DNA from: an uncultured Gammaproteobacteria bacterium
GTDB lineage: Bacteria > Patescibacteriota > Microgenomatia > UBA8517
Direction of reading: 5' to 3'
Assembly (NCBI GenBank): GCA_964494885.1
Contig: CAZBTH010000003.1
Coordinates: 5,983 to 69,982, forward strand
DNA length: 64,000 nt
Shown here one piece after another: positions 45,548 to 55,845 of this stretch (positions are counted from its first letter, which is position 1; every line of letters begins with the position of its first letter). The notes below the pieces were generated by a model, which did no database searches, was not told the DNA's origin, and saw only the letters and a program-made list of their open reading frames with translations. A program made the position numbers and the translations under genes.

Positions 45548-46087
45548 GATATAATTAATACTAAGCTTAATACATACGCATTTGCAAGCATCTAAAAAGT
45601 TAAACCTCACTCCCCTGCCTCCGGTAAATATAATAGCCAAAAGTTCGGTCTAAAAGGAGGGTAATTTTTCCTAGCACTCATTTTCTCCATCTGCTAATCA
45701 CAGCCGTATCGCCGAAGTATAAAAATATAATATAAAATTATTTAAGCAGAGGCTGCAATCGAACATTTTTATAGAGACGTTCTTCTAAAACGATTACATT
45801 CTCCGCAAAAAAATTTGGCAGTAAGTAATAAACGCAGTTTTCCGCAAACTAAACTCCATGCCTGTTTTTTTGGAAGAAAACAGGCATTTATAAACATTAT
45901 AAACGTTATAAAATTTATAAATATTATATTTTCGTGCGGAAAAGACGTGCGTTAATTATACTACAAGTACTGTGAAAGTAAATTCTAATATTTAAAAGGG
46001 ATGATATGGTAAATACCCTTGACAGGCTTGAATAATATTTTAATAATAGTCTAATTAGTATAATTTGTATAATCTAGCCTTAATAAC

Positions 46088-46603
46088 ATGCTCACCAACT
46101 CAATCGATTCGACTCAAAAAAACTTCTTAAAATACCTAGACACTCTTGGTTTATCCCCCAAAACGCATAAAAACTACAGAAGTGATCTCAACCATTTTAT
46201 TGACTGGCTAATATTACACATCAAATCAATGGGATCATACGTTGATACCCTGACTGAGACCGTCCCTTTTTTGAACAAAGACATACCTTTGAAATATAAA
46301 TCGTTCTTAACAGAAAACAATACTCCAATCAAAACAATTAACCGACGCCTCTCCACACTAAGACATTTAACCAGATATTTTGTGATTTCGAATCTAATTA
46401 CCACGGATATTATGGAGGATATTGAAAATATAAGCTCAGGGAATAAGGTAATAAAAAATATATCAGCTCCCATAGTTGATGCATTCCGAATGCATCTTGA
46501 AACCGAAAAAGTTTCTAAAAACACCGTCAAAAATTATGTAAGCGATATTAGACAATTTTTGTCATGGCTAGAAAAAACAAATTCGTCAAATCTGACCAGT
46601 TAG
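46088..46603 (+). CDS. Integrase-type SAM-like (core-binding) domain repeats; probably the frameshifted N-terminus of the following giant ORF
   Basis: FLKYLDTLGLSPKTHKNYRSDLNHFIDWL...TINRRLSTLRHLTRYFV matches the phage-integrase N-terminal SAM-like domain. A second copy starts at IVDAFRMHLETEKVSKNTVKNYVSDIRQFLSWLEK and is completed in the next ORF. Confidence 0.6.
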   Translation: MLTNSIDSTQKNFLKYLDTLGLSPKTHKNYRSDLNHFIDWLILHIKSMGSYVDTLTETVPFLNKDIPLKYKSFLTENNTPIKTINRRLSTLRHLTRYFVISNLITTDIMEDIENISSGNKVIKNISAPIVDAFRMHLETEKVSKNTVKNYVSDIRQFLSWLEKTNSSNLTS

Positions 46604-46613
46604 TCTAATTTAC

Positions 46614-49600
46614 ATGGACAAACTACCAAAACTAACATCGAAAATAATCAAATCCTATCAAAATGAGATTGCCAGAAGTGATTCGGCCGCAACCGCAAAG
46701 AGAAAAATAGTTTCTTTGAAAAAATTTCTTGATTGGGCAAAAACCAAAGGCCTTATAGATATAAATTTGGAAGAGACAATCATTACTCAGGCTAAAAACG
46801 AAACAAAATTCCCCGCAAAAAAAGCGTTAAATATCAGATTCCAGAACTTATACAAAAGATATCGCAATATACCAGGAACTTCTTATTTGAATATTGCAAT
46901 ACTTGTAATCCTATCCTCCACCTTAGGACTCGGTATATACAATCAATTCTTTAAAAACGCCACAAACCCATTTGCTGCAACGTCTTTAGTTCGACCTAAC
47001 CGCTATCTTTCTTTTCAGGGCAGATTAACTAATCAATTTTTGAATCCGGTTACAGCTGTAACAAGTGTAGTTTTTACTCTATATGACGCGGCAAGCTCCG
47101 GTACCACGCTTTGGACCGGCACCTGTAATGTAACTCCGGATACGGATGGGGTTTTTTCAACCCTTCTTGGAAGCGACTGCGGTTCGGAGATTTCCAGTAG
47201 TGTTTTTTCTGACAATGCCAGTGTTTGGCTGGGAGTTAAAGTCGCAGCAGACGCTGAGGCCACCCCCAGAATCCAGATTGCAACTGTTGCCTATGCCCTA
47301 AATTCGGAAACTCTTCAGGGATACCCGGCCTCTTCAAGTGCAACAATTAACACAGTGCCCGTGGTCAACAACTCAGGACAAATTGTCTTGGCGGTGAGCT
47401 CCCCTAAAATTCAATCCACGACAGGTACCTTTGCAATCGAAGGGCAGGCCATAACAATACAAACTCCAAGTGCATCAAATGGTAATGTTACTATAGCACC
47501 GGATGGCACGGGACAGCTTAACTTGACATTTACAGGCGCCTCCCCGGGGTCTGGAACCGGAATGGTGAACGCAACCGACGCCAACTTAACCTCCGGTTCC
47601 TTGTATTACGGTTCGGTTGCTTCTGACGCATCAGGTTACAACCTTTTGCAGTTACAATCCGGATCCACTCTTTCCAATAAATTCGTAGTCGATTCAGCCG
47701 GAAACGCATCTGCATCGGGTGATTTAACTTTGGCGGGAGTTAGTTCGATCCAAACAACAACATTTAGTCCCCTTACCATTGGCGGAAGTACAACAGGAAA
47801 TATAGTACTATCACCATCAAACAATATCGCGGGGGGCAATGTTTCGCCTGGAGTTACAAATGTGACCGATCTAGGAACCGCTTCCCTCTTGTTTAGGAAT
47901 ATTTATGCAACAACTTTGTACCAAGGCGTCAACCAAGTCTGTGATGCCGGGGGTGGGGTTGCAGGATGCGCAGGCGCAAACTACTGGAGACTTGCCAATA
48001 ATGTCCTTTCCCCTATCCAAGTTGCATATGATTTGACAATCGGCGGAAGCGCAACAGGTAGCGCCTTCCAGGTTTATGCCGCAACGGGAAATGTGGCTTC
48101 AGCCGGAGTAGGACAATTTGGTAGTACCTCGGTGTCAACCTATTCGAGGTTTGGGTCAGCAACTACAGAGCATTCTCTTTCTTCAGCCAGCGATCTCTTG
48201 GTAAACGGAAAGTTGGAACTTAACGATACTCTCTTTCTCGACGGAGGAACAATTGCAAACTCTGCAGGCACGGGAACTATTACTTTTTCCCCTACACCAA
48301 CAACAGCCTCCAACGCCCTTTCCGCAAGCAACTGGCTTATAGAAAATACCGCCAATGTTGGTCAAGCGGCCCTTATGGTTAATCAGGTAAAAGGTGGGGA
48401 TATTTTTACAGCCTCTCAATCAGGAATTCCCGTATTTACGGTGGCCCACCTGGCAGGTACAGTGGCTAACGGCATAACTTTAACTGGTGCGGCTACAGGC
48501 AGCGGCCCAACCATAACAGCAACCGGTTCCGACACAAACATAGCACTTTCCATAGATTCAAAGGGTACCGGAGCATTAAATTTGAATAATACTGCAACAG
48601 GGGATATTCTCTTGGCAGGAGGAGTTGGAGCAACGGGATGCACACTAACCAACTCCACCGGCGCGCTTTCTTGCGCTGGAAACATATCAACAACTGCCAC
48701 AAGTGGAACTCAAGGCTGGTGGCAGCGTGTTGCCGGTAACCTATCTCCGATTAATCTTAATGATACTATTTCTGCCACCACCTCGGCCGCTACAGCCATG
48801 ACCATCACCCAAACCGGCGCTTTCGACGCTTTCTTGGTACAAGACGCGGCTGGTGACACCACTCCATTTGTCATCGACCAATCGGGCAACGTCGGCATTG
48901 GTGACACCACTCCAAGTTATTTACTTGATGTTGCAGGTACTCTTAATTCAACGGGAAGCACCACGCTTGGAACCGGAGCTTCTTCAGTTAATGTTATTGG
49001 TTCTACCACCACTCCAGGAACATTAACTTTACATGGAGCTACAACTCTAGACGACACTTTCACAGTATCTGGAAATAACTTAACATCTCTAGGAGGCAAT
49101 CTCACTCTTAGCGGTACCACAATTACCGCTTCCTCGCTTGCTACACTAACAACTTCATCTGCAGTTGCTTGGGGTGGGGCTACCGAGCTTACCTTTACTG
49201 CTGATAACGCAACTATCTATGGATCGAATGCTGCTAGTGGAAACCTTATTCTTGATGGGACTAGTAATGCTACAAAAACTTCCAGTTATGTGATTATCCA
49301 ACCAAATGGTGGCAACGTCGGAATCGGTACTTCTGCACCTACGGCTACATTAGAAATATTAGCTGATGTTGATACTCCTTCAGGTAACGCCATAGAGGTT
49401 CAAGCGGTCGAATCAGCTAATCTTAACGACCAAGATGCTGATGATATTACTTTCACAAATGCTACAACATGCTGGACATACGGTGCCGGCTGGGCTCGTT
49501 CTGGTGGGACGGCCCTTCATTCCGCGTTAGTAGGTACTGAAAATTTATCTTGCAATTTAACAGACGGCTATATTGATAATAATCAAATATATAGAATGAC

Positions 49601-51497
49601 TTTTGATATGGGAGGAAGAACAGCTGGCACTGTCACTCCAAAAGTTGGAACGGCAGCTCACGATGCAATTAGTGCTAATGGTTCATACGATCTTACCTTC
49701 GACGCTACAGCTAATAATACAGATATAATTTTTACTCCTGACATTAATTTTAACGGTTATATTGATAATGTTTATATCTATCGAAGAGCCGTCAATACTG
49801 TTATTTCTGATACTGGAAGAGTGGGTATTGGACGAGCAACACCTGCATACTTTCTTGATGTTTTGGCTCCGGAAAATGGAGTCATTGCCAGATTCTTAAG
49901 TGACAACACCACTGGTTGTACTTTGGCAACTGGAGGTACTATTTCTTGTACTTCAGATGTCCGGCTAAAACAGGATATTGAAGACACTTCTTTTGGCCTA
50001 GATACTATTATGAACTTAAGACCAGTAGATTTTAACTGGAAAAGCGGAGCTTCAATTTATAAAAACCTTGGTTTTATTGCCCAAGAAGTTGAAACGCTTA
50101 TCCCTAATCTGGTTAACGTTGATCAAGATAATGGTTACAAACAACTCAATACAACAGGGCTTATTCCTGTCCTCACAAAAGCTATACAAGAACAGCAAAT
50201 ACAAATTTCTACCCTCTCCACCCAACTCGCGGATTTAAAGATCAATTCTACAGGCGATATCACTTTATCCGGTAATCCAGTTTCCGGTTATACTGTCTCT
50301 ACTCCTATCGGCATTACTCAAAAAATTGGTGCTTTTGCCAATTTAGTTGCTGCAAATATACACGCAGGGGCGCTGATTACTGATGAACTGCTTACTGATA
50401 AACTGAATGCGGTTGTAGCAACAGTTCAAAAGCTGACAACTAATAGTTTAGCGGTTAAACTGATATCCCCTCTTCCTGATCAAACTGACGTTACAGTAAA
50501 ACTCGGAGGTGAGGCAACACCATCAGGAAAACTGGCGATTCAAAACTCACAAGGTGATGAAGTGGCTGCTATCGATTCGTCTGGCAACGCAACATTCTCC
50601 GGTACAGTAAACAGTAACCAGTTAACAGTAAACAGTGAAGCAACTATTTCCGGAACTCTTTTTGCAGACAACATAAAATCAAAAAGTCTGGATGAAATTC
50701 AAGCACTTTTGACAAAAGTCCAGACTGACCAGGGTCTTCTAAAGGACGCTCAAAGCTGGAACACCAACACCGCAACAAACTCAGCAACTCTCTCAGGTCT
50801 TTCCGCCAGTGATCTATATATAACAAACCAGGCCGCAATTAATTCACTGTCTATTTCTAAAACTTTAGCTGTCGGTTCTGATCTTGTATTTAGTTCCTCA
50901 GTCAACAGTGAACAGTCAACAGTGAACAGCATTGACACTTTGTCTGCTCCACTTCGGATTCAGAGTTTGACAATGGCACCAGTTGAGCTTATGGCCGGAC
51001 TTGTAACAATAGATACACACGGAAATGTTACGATCGGCGGAGACTTGAATGTAGCAGGCAGAATACACTCCTCCGGTCTAACCTTGCAAGGAACAAACTT
51101 ACAAGATGACAAAATTCTTAATCTCCAAAGTCAAACCGGAATCCTGGTCGCCTCGGTGGACGCAAGTGGATCGGCCGAATTCGAATCAGTTTATACTCCC
51201 CAACTTATTATTGCGGGGGCTGACGCAACAACCCCAGGTGCTGTGGTAAACGGAGCAACAACAACAAACTCAACAATCGGACATACGATAATACCGGCAG
51301 GAACAAATGAGATAACAATTATCAATCCCAAGGTTACCGACTATACCCTAATCTATGTGACACCAACCTCGTCAACCCAAAATAATGTATTATATGTAAA
51401 GAGCAAACAAAAAGGACAATTCACAGTTGGATTTGCAATCCCGATTGATACAGACGTCTCATTCAATTGGTGGATAGTCCAGGTACAAAAATGGTAA
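46614..51497 (+). CDS. Giant (1627 aa) membrane-anchored surface fibre protein with an internal S74 endosialidase-chaperone-like domain
   Basis: N-terminal SAM-like half-domain (SKIIKSYQNEIA...SLKKFLDWAKTKGLI), TM helix, Thr/Gly/Ser/Ala-rich beta-rich repeats. SDVRLKQDIEDTSFGLDTIMNLRPVDFNWKSGASIYKNLGFIAQEVETLIPNLV...GYKQLNTTGLIPVLTKAIQEQ matches the S74 intramolecular chaperone domain. Confidence 0.7.
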   Translation: MDKLPKLTSKIIKSYQNEIARSDSAATAKRKIVSLKKFLDWAKTKGLIDINLEETIITQAKNETKFPAKKALNIRFQNLYKRYRNIPGTSYLNIAILVILSSTLGLGIYNQFFKNATNPFAATSLVRPNRYLSFQGRLTNQFLNPVTAVTSVVFTLYDAASSGTTLWTGTCNVTPDTDGVFSTLLGSDCGSEISSSVFSDNASVWLGVKVAADAEATPRIQIATVAYALNSETLQGYPASSSATINTVPVVNNSGQIVLAVSSPKIQSTTGTFAIEGQAITIQTPSASNGNVTIAPDGTGQLNLTFTGASPGSGTGMVNATDANLTSGSLYYGSVASDASGYNLLQLQSGSTLSNKFVVDSAGNASASGDLTLAGVSSIQTTTFSPLTIGGSTTGNIVLSPSNNIAGGNVSPGVTNVTDLGTASLLFRNIYATTLYQGVNQVCDAGGGVAGCAGANYWRLANNVLSPIQVAYDLTIGGSATGSAFQVYAATGNVASAGVGQFGSTSVSTYSRFGSATTEHSLSSASDLLVNGKLELNDTLFLDGGTIANSAGTGTITFSPTPTTASNALSASNWLIENTANVGQAALMVNQVKGGDIFTASQSGIPVFTVAHLAGTVANGITLTGAATGSGPTITATGSDTNIALSIDSKGTGALNLNNTATGDILLAGGVGATGCTLTNSTGALSCAGNISTTATSGTQGWWQRVAGNLSPINLNDTISATTSAATAMTITQTGAFDAFLVQDAAGDTTPFVIDQSGNVGIGDTTPSYLLDVAGTLNSTGSTTLGTGASSVNVIGSTTTPGTLTLHGATTLDDTFTVSGNNLTSLGGNLTLSGTTITASSLATLTTSSAVAWGGATELTFTADNATIYGSNAASGNLILDGTSNATKTSSYVIIQPNGGNVGIGTSAPTATLEILADVDTPSGNAIEVQAVESANLNDQDADDITFTNATTCWTYGAGWARSGGTALHSALVGTENLSCNLTDGYIDNNQIYRMTFDMGGRTAGTVTPKVGTAAHDAISANGSYDLTFDATANNTDIIFTPDINFNGYIDNVYIYRRAVNTVISDTGRVGIGRATPAYFLDVLAPENGVIARFLSDNTTGCTLATGGTISCTSDVRLKQDIEDTSFGLDTIMNLRPVDFNWKSGASIYKNLGFIAQEVETLIPNLVNVDQDNGYKQLNTTGLIPVLTKAIQEQQIQISTLSTQLADLKINSTGDITLSGNPVSGYTVSTPIGITQKIGAFANLVAANIHAGALITDELLTDKLNAVVATVQKLTTNSLAVKLISPLPDQTDVTVKLGGEATPSGKLAIQNSQGDEVAAIDSSGNATFSGTVNSNQLTVNSEATISGTLFADNIKSKSLDEIQALLTKVQTDQGLLKDAQSWNTNTATNSATLSGLSASDLYITNQAAINSLSISKTLAVGSDLVFSSSVNSEQSTVNSIDTLSAPLRIQSLTMAPVELMAGLVTIDTHGNVTIGGDLNVAGRIHSSGLTLQGTNLQDDKILNLQSQTGILVASVDASGSAEFESVYTPQLIIAGADATTPGAVVNGATTTNSTIGHTIIPAGTNEITIINPKVTDYTLIYVTPTSSTQNNVLYVKSKQKGQFTVGFAIPIDTDVSFNWWIVQVQKW

Positions 51498-53416
51498 AAA
51501 CATTAGAAGAAATCCAAAAATACATCCTTTACATAATAATAGCGATATTCCCTATTTTTATATTCATTAGCTCGACCTCACCCGAAGTTCTTTCTAAATT
51601 GATATTGCTCGCAATCGGCATAACTATCGTCATGGCAACTTGGATCATTAGAATGATCATAACCGGCAACATATCTTTCCATACAGGCAAATTTGATCTA
51701 GGAGTTCTTCTTATAACCCTCGCTTATGTTCTTTCGGGGATATTTAGGACCAATAACAAACCTGAGGCTTTCTTTATGCCCGGTACAGCCTCTTTTGTGG
51801 TTGCTCTGGCGATAATTTATTTCTTAATAAATCAACTGGATAAAAAAGCTAAAACAGAGTCTTTAGTTTCATTTTTTACTTCCGGTATATTCCTTTCTTT
51901 ATCCGTAATCTTTAGCGAACTTGAAATATTTACAAAAATTCCTCAACTTCCCGCATTTATAAAAAGTGTGTCATTTAACCCACTCGGAGGAATTTTACCG
52001 TCAATAATCTATCTGGTTCCGACGGCGCTTATCGGGATTTCGTTAATTATAAAGGACAGTGATATCGTCAAAAGGGTTTTTTGGATTGTGGCAAACGCCT
52101 TAGTTGTTATGGCTATGATAATTCTGATCGGAAAGTCATTCCCCGGAAATGTCCAATCACCGAAATTTCCAAGCCTACAGACTTCTTGGGAGGTTGCAGT
52201 TGGAACTGTTGCAAAAAACCCGATTTTTGGAATAGGTGCGGGAAATTACTTAACCGCGTTCAATCTTTATCGCCCTGTTACTTATAATCAAACAGATCTC
52301 TGGTCAGTTAAGTTTTCAACAGCAAGCAATTTTTATCTGACTACGATCACTGAAACCGGTTTATTAGGATTGGCCACCTTGGCCTTTTTACTGTTAAGTA
52401 TTCTCAGATTCTTTGCGCACTCCCTGACTGCAAAAAACATGAATGAGGCATTAAGTGAAGGTCTGGAAAAGCTGGCTATTGCCGCCATTGTTATAATCCT
52501 GGCATTTTACCCCGCCTCCCCCATATTTGTGATCTTTCCGCTTTTTGTTCTTTTGGGTGTATTTTCGAAATCGGAAACCAAAACTTTTACTGCCTCAAAT
52601 ACAAAATTTGCAACAATTACGATTGGAATTATTTTGGGAATAGGAGTCGCTCTTGCCAATTTCTTTGGAGCCAAGGCGGTCATTGCCGAAGCCACATTTA
52701 AAAAATCCCTTGACTCTCTCAGTAAAAATGACGCAAAACAAACTTTTGATTTAATGCAAAAGTCAATACAAGGAAACTCCGGAATTGACAGATATCACGC
52801 CTCCCTCGCCCAGGTTGACATGGCTCTTGCACAATCAATCGCAAACAAGAAAGACATTACAGATTTCGACAAAAATACAATTACCCAACTGGTACAGCAG
52901 GCAATCACAGAAGGTAAAGCAACTGTTGCCCTCAACCCCGAAAGATCGGGCAACTGGGAGGTGTTGGCACAGGTATATCGAAGTGTAATGCCATTTGCTA
53001 CCGGTGCCGATCAATTCACGATTCAATCTTATTCTCAGGCAATAGCATTAGATCCAATAAATCCAAATCTACGAATAGCATTGGGTGGTGTTTATTACGC
53101 CCAGGGGCGCTACGACGATGCTGTCGATGTCTTTAAGCTTGCCATTCTCGCAAAACCGGACCTTGCTAACGCCCATTACAATTTGGCAATGACCTATAAG
53201 GCAAAGAGGGAATATGCCAAAGCAATAACCGAGATGAATTTGGTCCTATCTCTGGTTGCCAAAGATTCAGACGACTACAAATTGGCAAAAAGTGAACTCG
53301 ATAATTTGATGAAAGATAAACCGGTTTCTGTCAATACTGTCGACGGGCAGGGTCAGTTGACTGCCCCACAATCTGTAAATCCCAGCAATATCAAGCCACC
53401 AATTCCCCTTCCCTGA
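51491..53416 (+). CDS. O-antigen ligase/polymerase-family (Wzy_C-like) membrane protein with C-terminal TPR repeats
   Basis: Many TM helices. NPIFGIGAGNYL is a Wzy_C-like loop. C-terminal TPR repeats (AHYNLAMTYKAKREYAKAI). The ATG overlaps the stop of the giant ORF. Confidence 0.65.
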   Translation: MVKTLEEIQKYILYIIIAIFPIFIFISSTSPEVLSKLILLAIGITIVMATWIIRMIITGNISFHTGKFDLGVLLITLAYVLSGIFRTNNKPEAFFMPGTASFVVALAIIYFLINQLDKKAKTESLVSFFTSGIFLSLSVIFSELEIFTKIPQLPAFIKSVSFNPLGGILPSIIYLVPTALIGISLIIKDSDIVKRVFWIVANALVVMAMIILIGKSFPGNVQSPKFPSLQTSWEVAVGTVAKNPIFGIGAGNYLTAFNLYRPVTYNQTDLWSVKFSTASNFYLTTITETGLLGLATLAFLLLSILRFFAHSLTAKNMNEALSEGLEKLAIAAIVIILAFYPASPIFVIFPLFVLLGVFSKSETKTFTASNTKFATITIGIILGIGVALANFFGAKAVIAEATFKKSLDSLSKNDAKQTFDLMQKSIQGNSGIDRYHASLAQVDMALAQSIANKKDITDFDKNTITQLVQQAITEGKATVALNPERSGNWEVLAQVYRSVMPFATGADQFTIQSYSQAIALDPINPNLRIALGGVYYAQGRYDDAVDVFKLAILAKPDLANAHYNLAMTYKAKREYAKAITEMNLVLSLVAKDSDDYKLAKSELDNLMKDKPVSVNTVDGQGQLTAPQSVNPSNIKPPIPLP

Positions 53417-53441
53417 AAAACGAAATTTAATTTATTTTCTA

Positions 53442-53945
53442 TTATGGAGTTGCTGTCGGACTTACCTCGGGTGTTATCGTCGGCGCCGGTGTTGCCTTGG
53501 CCTTGGTTGAAGCAGACGGCGACAGATCTGGACTTGGTACCTGATTATTTATGTTAACCGCTCCAACCTCAACAATCATATTTGTAGAAGGCCTGTATAA
53601 AATAGCCTTTGCCGCCTTCTGGTAAATTAAAACCTTGTCGTCGTTTTGAGCCTTGGCAAAAAACGGTTGATCTTTAACTTTTGAAGCATCGGTCACTGTT
53701 GCCACTGTAGGCTTTTCGTCGTCCGGAAGTGAAATAAGCTTGCCAACCTGGGCTACTAAAGCATCTACCTCTGCTTGAACTGCCGCAGCTCCTTTAGAAA
53801 GTCCGAACCATTCAGGTTTTTGTTGAGCCGTAAATATTCCTCCAGCAGCTCCAAGAGCAATAATTAAGATATAAGGAATAAGTCTGAAAATTAAAAACCC
53901 CAACCCCCTACTTTTCTTCTGTCCTTCGTCCGTTTGGGCTTCCAT
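53442..53945 (-). CDS. Membrane-anchored hypothetical protein with a Pro/Thr-rich C-terminus
   Basis: ORF with a TM helix. Confidence 0.45.
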   Translation of the reverse strand: MEAQTDEGQKKSRGLGFLIFRLIPYILIIALGAAGGIFTAQQKPEWFGLSKGAAAVQAEVDALVAQVGKLISLPDDEKPTVATVTDASKVKDQPFFAKAQNDDKVLIYQKAAKAILYRPSTNMIVEVGAVNINNQVPSPDLSPSASTKAKATPAPTITPEVSPTATP

Positions 53946-54000
53946 GTTAATAATTTATACCACCGGCAACATCCATATGCAAGACCTTATGCATTTAATG

Positions 54001-55077
54001 TCACGGCAATGTTTCTGGGGGGGTTGAACCGGAATGGATTTGGTGCTCTTTGGTGGCGCCCTCTTTATATCCACCAATCTTGGAGATACGGACGGCGATT
54101 ATCAGAAATCCCAGAAACGCAAGCCCCGCCAAACCCAGGTTTGTGAAATAAAATGGAGTAAGAAATTCTAAAGCGTCGATTGCCGGAGTCGTAACAACCA
54201 ACATCCAATGATGATTTCCAACTACAATCGGTGAAGCGGCAATCAAAAACCGCGTCAATACTCCGTTTTTGTTTTCGTCTGGTAATGCAATGTCCAATTT
54301 GAACTCATCGTCGGACAAAAACGCATTTTTCAGTTTTTGTACCAACAAGTCGCTCCCCACAATCCCGGATTTAGTCAGATAATCAAAGTAATTTATTCCA
54401 ACAAGTTCTTTAGCAGGACCTGAAAAAATTACTCCGTTCTGATCAAATAAATATACTCTTGTGTTGTTGGTAATTTTTAACGAATCCAAATAATAAGATG
54501 TTATTTCATCCAACAGGAACGAGGATACAAAAACACCACTGAATTTACCGCCTCTTATGATTGGAGATGCCACAGGAACTACATATCTTCCACTCGCAAA
54601 GCCAATTTTAGATTGGACCGGACTTCCGATAAGGACATCTCCACCCTTGGCGGTCTTTGCCCACATAAAGTACTGTCTATCGGATAAGTCTATCCCTTTT
54701 CCGGTCGGTCCTTGACGATCAAAACCATATTTAACGACACCAGAACCGTCCACGACAACAGCACCCGACACGGATGTATTTTTCCAGCTCTTGACAAACA
54801 TTTCCAAATCTTTTTGTTCGATCTGAGATAAAATGTCGATTCGATTTGAAAACGATGACACTTGATTGCCAAAACTACTCACGAACACTTTTAAGGCGAT
54901 TGATCCGGACCTTGCCGCAACCTGTTCACGGTGAAGCATTTGTTCAACCAAGTTGTCTGCAGCAGCCTTATTCAAAAAAAGGTAGATGACGCCGGCAAAG
55001 AGAATCATTAAAACCCCGAATAGAACAAAAATGTTGTTGTAAGTTTTGAAGAGTATATTTAGAACACCTTTTATCAC
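54001..55077 (-). CDS. Cache-like extracellular sensor domain protein flanked by two TM helices, no output domain
   Basis: Periplasmic region YFMWAKTAKGGDVLIGSPVQSKIGFASGRYVVPVASPI is typical of a Cache ligand-binding fold. Confidence 0.5.
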   Translation of the reverse strand: MIKGVLNILFKTYNNIFVLFGVLMILFAGVIYLFLNKAAADNLVEQMLHREQVAARSGSIALKVFVSSFGNQVSSFSNRIDILSQIEQKDLEMFVKSWKNTSVSGAVVVDGSGVVKYGFDRQGPTGKGIDLSDRQYFMWAKTAKGGDVLIGSPVQSKIGFASGRYVVPVASPIIRGGKFSGVFVSSFLLDEITSYYLDSLKITNNTRVYLFDQNGVIFSGPAKELVGINYFDYLTKSGIVGSDLLVQKLKNAFLSDDEFKLDIALPDENKNGVLTRFLIAASPIVVGNHHWMLVVTTPAIDALEFLTPFYFTNLGLAGLAFLGFLIIAVRISKIGGYKEGATKEHQIHSGSTPPETLP

Positions 55078-55151
55078 GGCATAAATAGTATGCCACGAAA
55101 GTTATTAATTATGTCAAGTAGATTTTAAGCATGGTAATGTTAAACTAAACT

Positions 55152-55835
55152 ATGTATAAATTTGAAAAGGCTCTGTTTTTTTACAGTATTTTGGCCATAA
55201 CCGTATTTTTTATTTCATTTGGTGTTTTCTCGCCGTCTCCACTAAACTTCATAAGTGGCGTTTTGATGCTCCCTAGCACTTTTTACTTCTGGATAAGGAT
55301 GACTTATCCTGAGCACACAGCCCCGGACAGATGGACCGTAAGGTTCCTTTCGGTTTTGACGCTTCTATCACTTTTTGGCATTTTCGGATTTTACCTACTA
55401 TCAAAAGGCTTACCACAAATCCAAATCCTTACAGTTGAAAATAAGCGTCTCACGACCCAAAACGCAGATCTACTAAACAAACTGGAAAGAACAGACTCTG
55501 AAATGACTAAACTTAAGCAAAATATCGCTACTCCTTCGGCAACCATAAAAGGAGTTGACACGAATGACATAACCGTTGCAGACCTGGTCGCTGGGTCCCC
55601 GACCACAGGCTTAGGACAAAGAATAACAGGCATTACAGGCCAATCTTCAATTGACGTCTACCAATCCACATCTCTTTCCTCCACAAAAATCGGCGCGGTC
55701 GACGCCAACATCACATATCCATATGTAACAAAACAAGACGGTTGGTATAAAATAGTTATAGAAAGTCCAAAAGACCGCCTGCCTGCCGGCAGGCAGGGTT
55801 GGGTAAACGAAAGTCAGGTAATCGAGGTGCAATAA
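55152..55835 (+). CDS. Membrane protein with a C-terminal bacterial SH3-like domain
   Basis: TM helices, then ...DGWYKIVIESP...GWVNESQVIEV, an SH3b-like domain. Confidence 0.45.
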   Translation: MYKFEKALFFYSILAITVFFISFGVFSPSPLNFISGVLMLPSTFYFWIRMTYPEHTAPDRWTVRFLSVLTLLSLFGIFGFYLLSKGLPQIQILTVENKRLTTQNADLLNKLERTDSEMTKLKQNIATPSATIKGVDTNDITVADLVAGSPTTGLGQRITGITGQSSIDVYQSTSLSSTKIGAVDANITYPYVTKQDGWYKIVIESPKDRLPAGRQGWVNESQVIEVQ

Positions 55836-55845
55836 TTAAATAAAT

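Noticed and set aside
46565-46613. Programmed -1 frameshift at the GAAAAAACA heptamer-like run joining the SAM-like ORF to the giant ORF
   Set aside because: The downstream frame is +1 relative to the upstream ORF, not -1, and the in-frame codons do not form an X-XXY-YYZ heptamer. A sequencing error or authentic frameshift mutation is more likely.
47033-48910. Multiple minus-strand ORFs of 60-95 aa inside the giant gene
   Set aside because: They are antisense to a continuous 1627-aa reading frame in a GC-richer segment, which is typical of spurious antisense ORFs.
53338-53362. Hairpin GGGCAG-ggtcagttga-CTGCCC in the TPR protein coding sequence as another REP copy
   Set aside because: It is only a 6-bp stem and the arm sequence is unrelated to the REP families above, so it could be chance.
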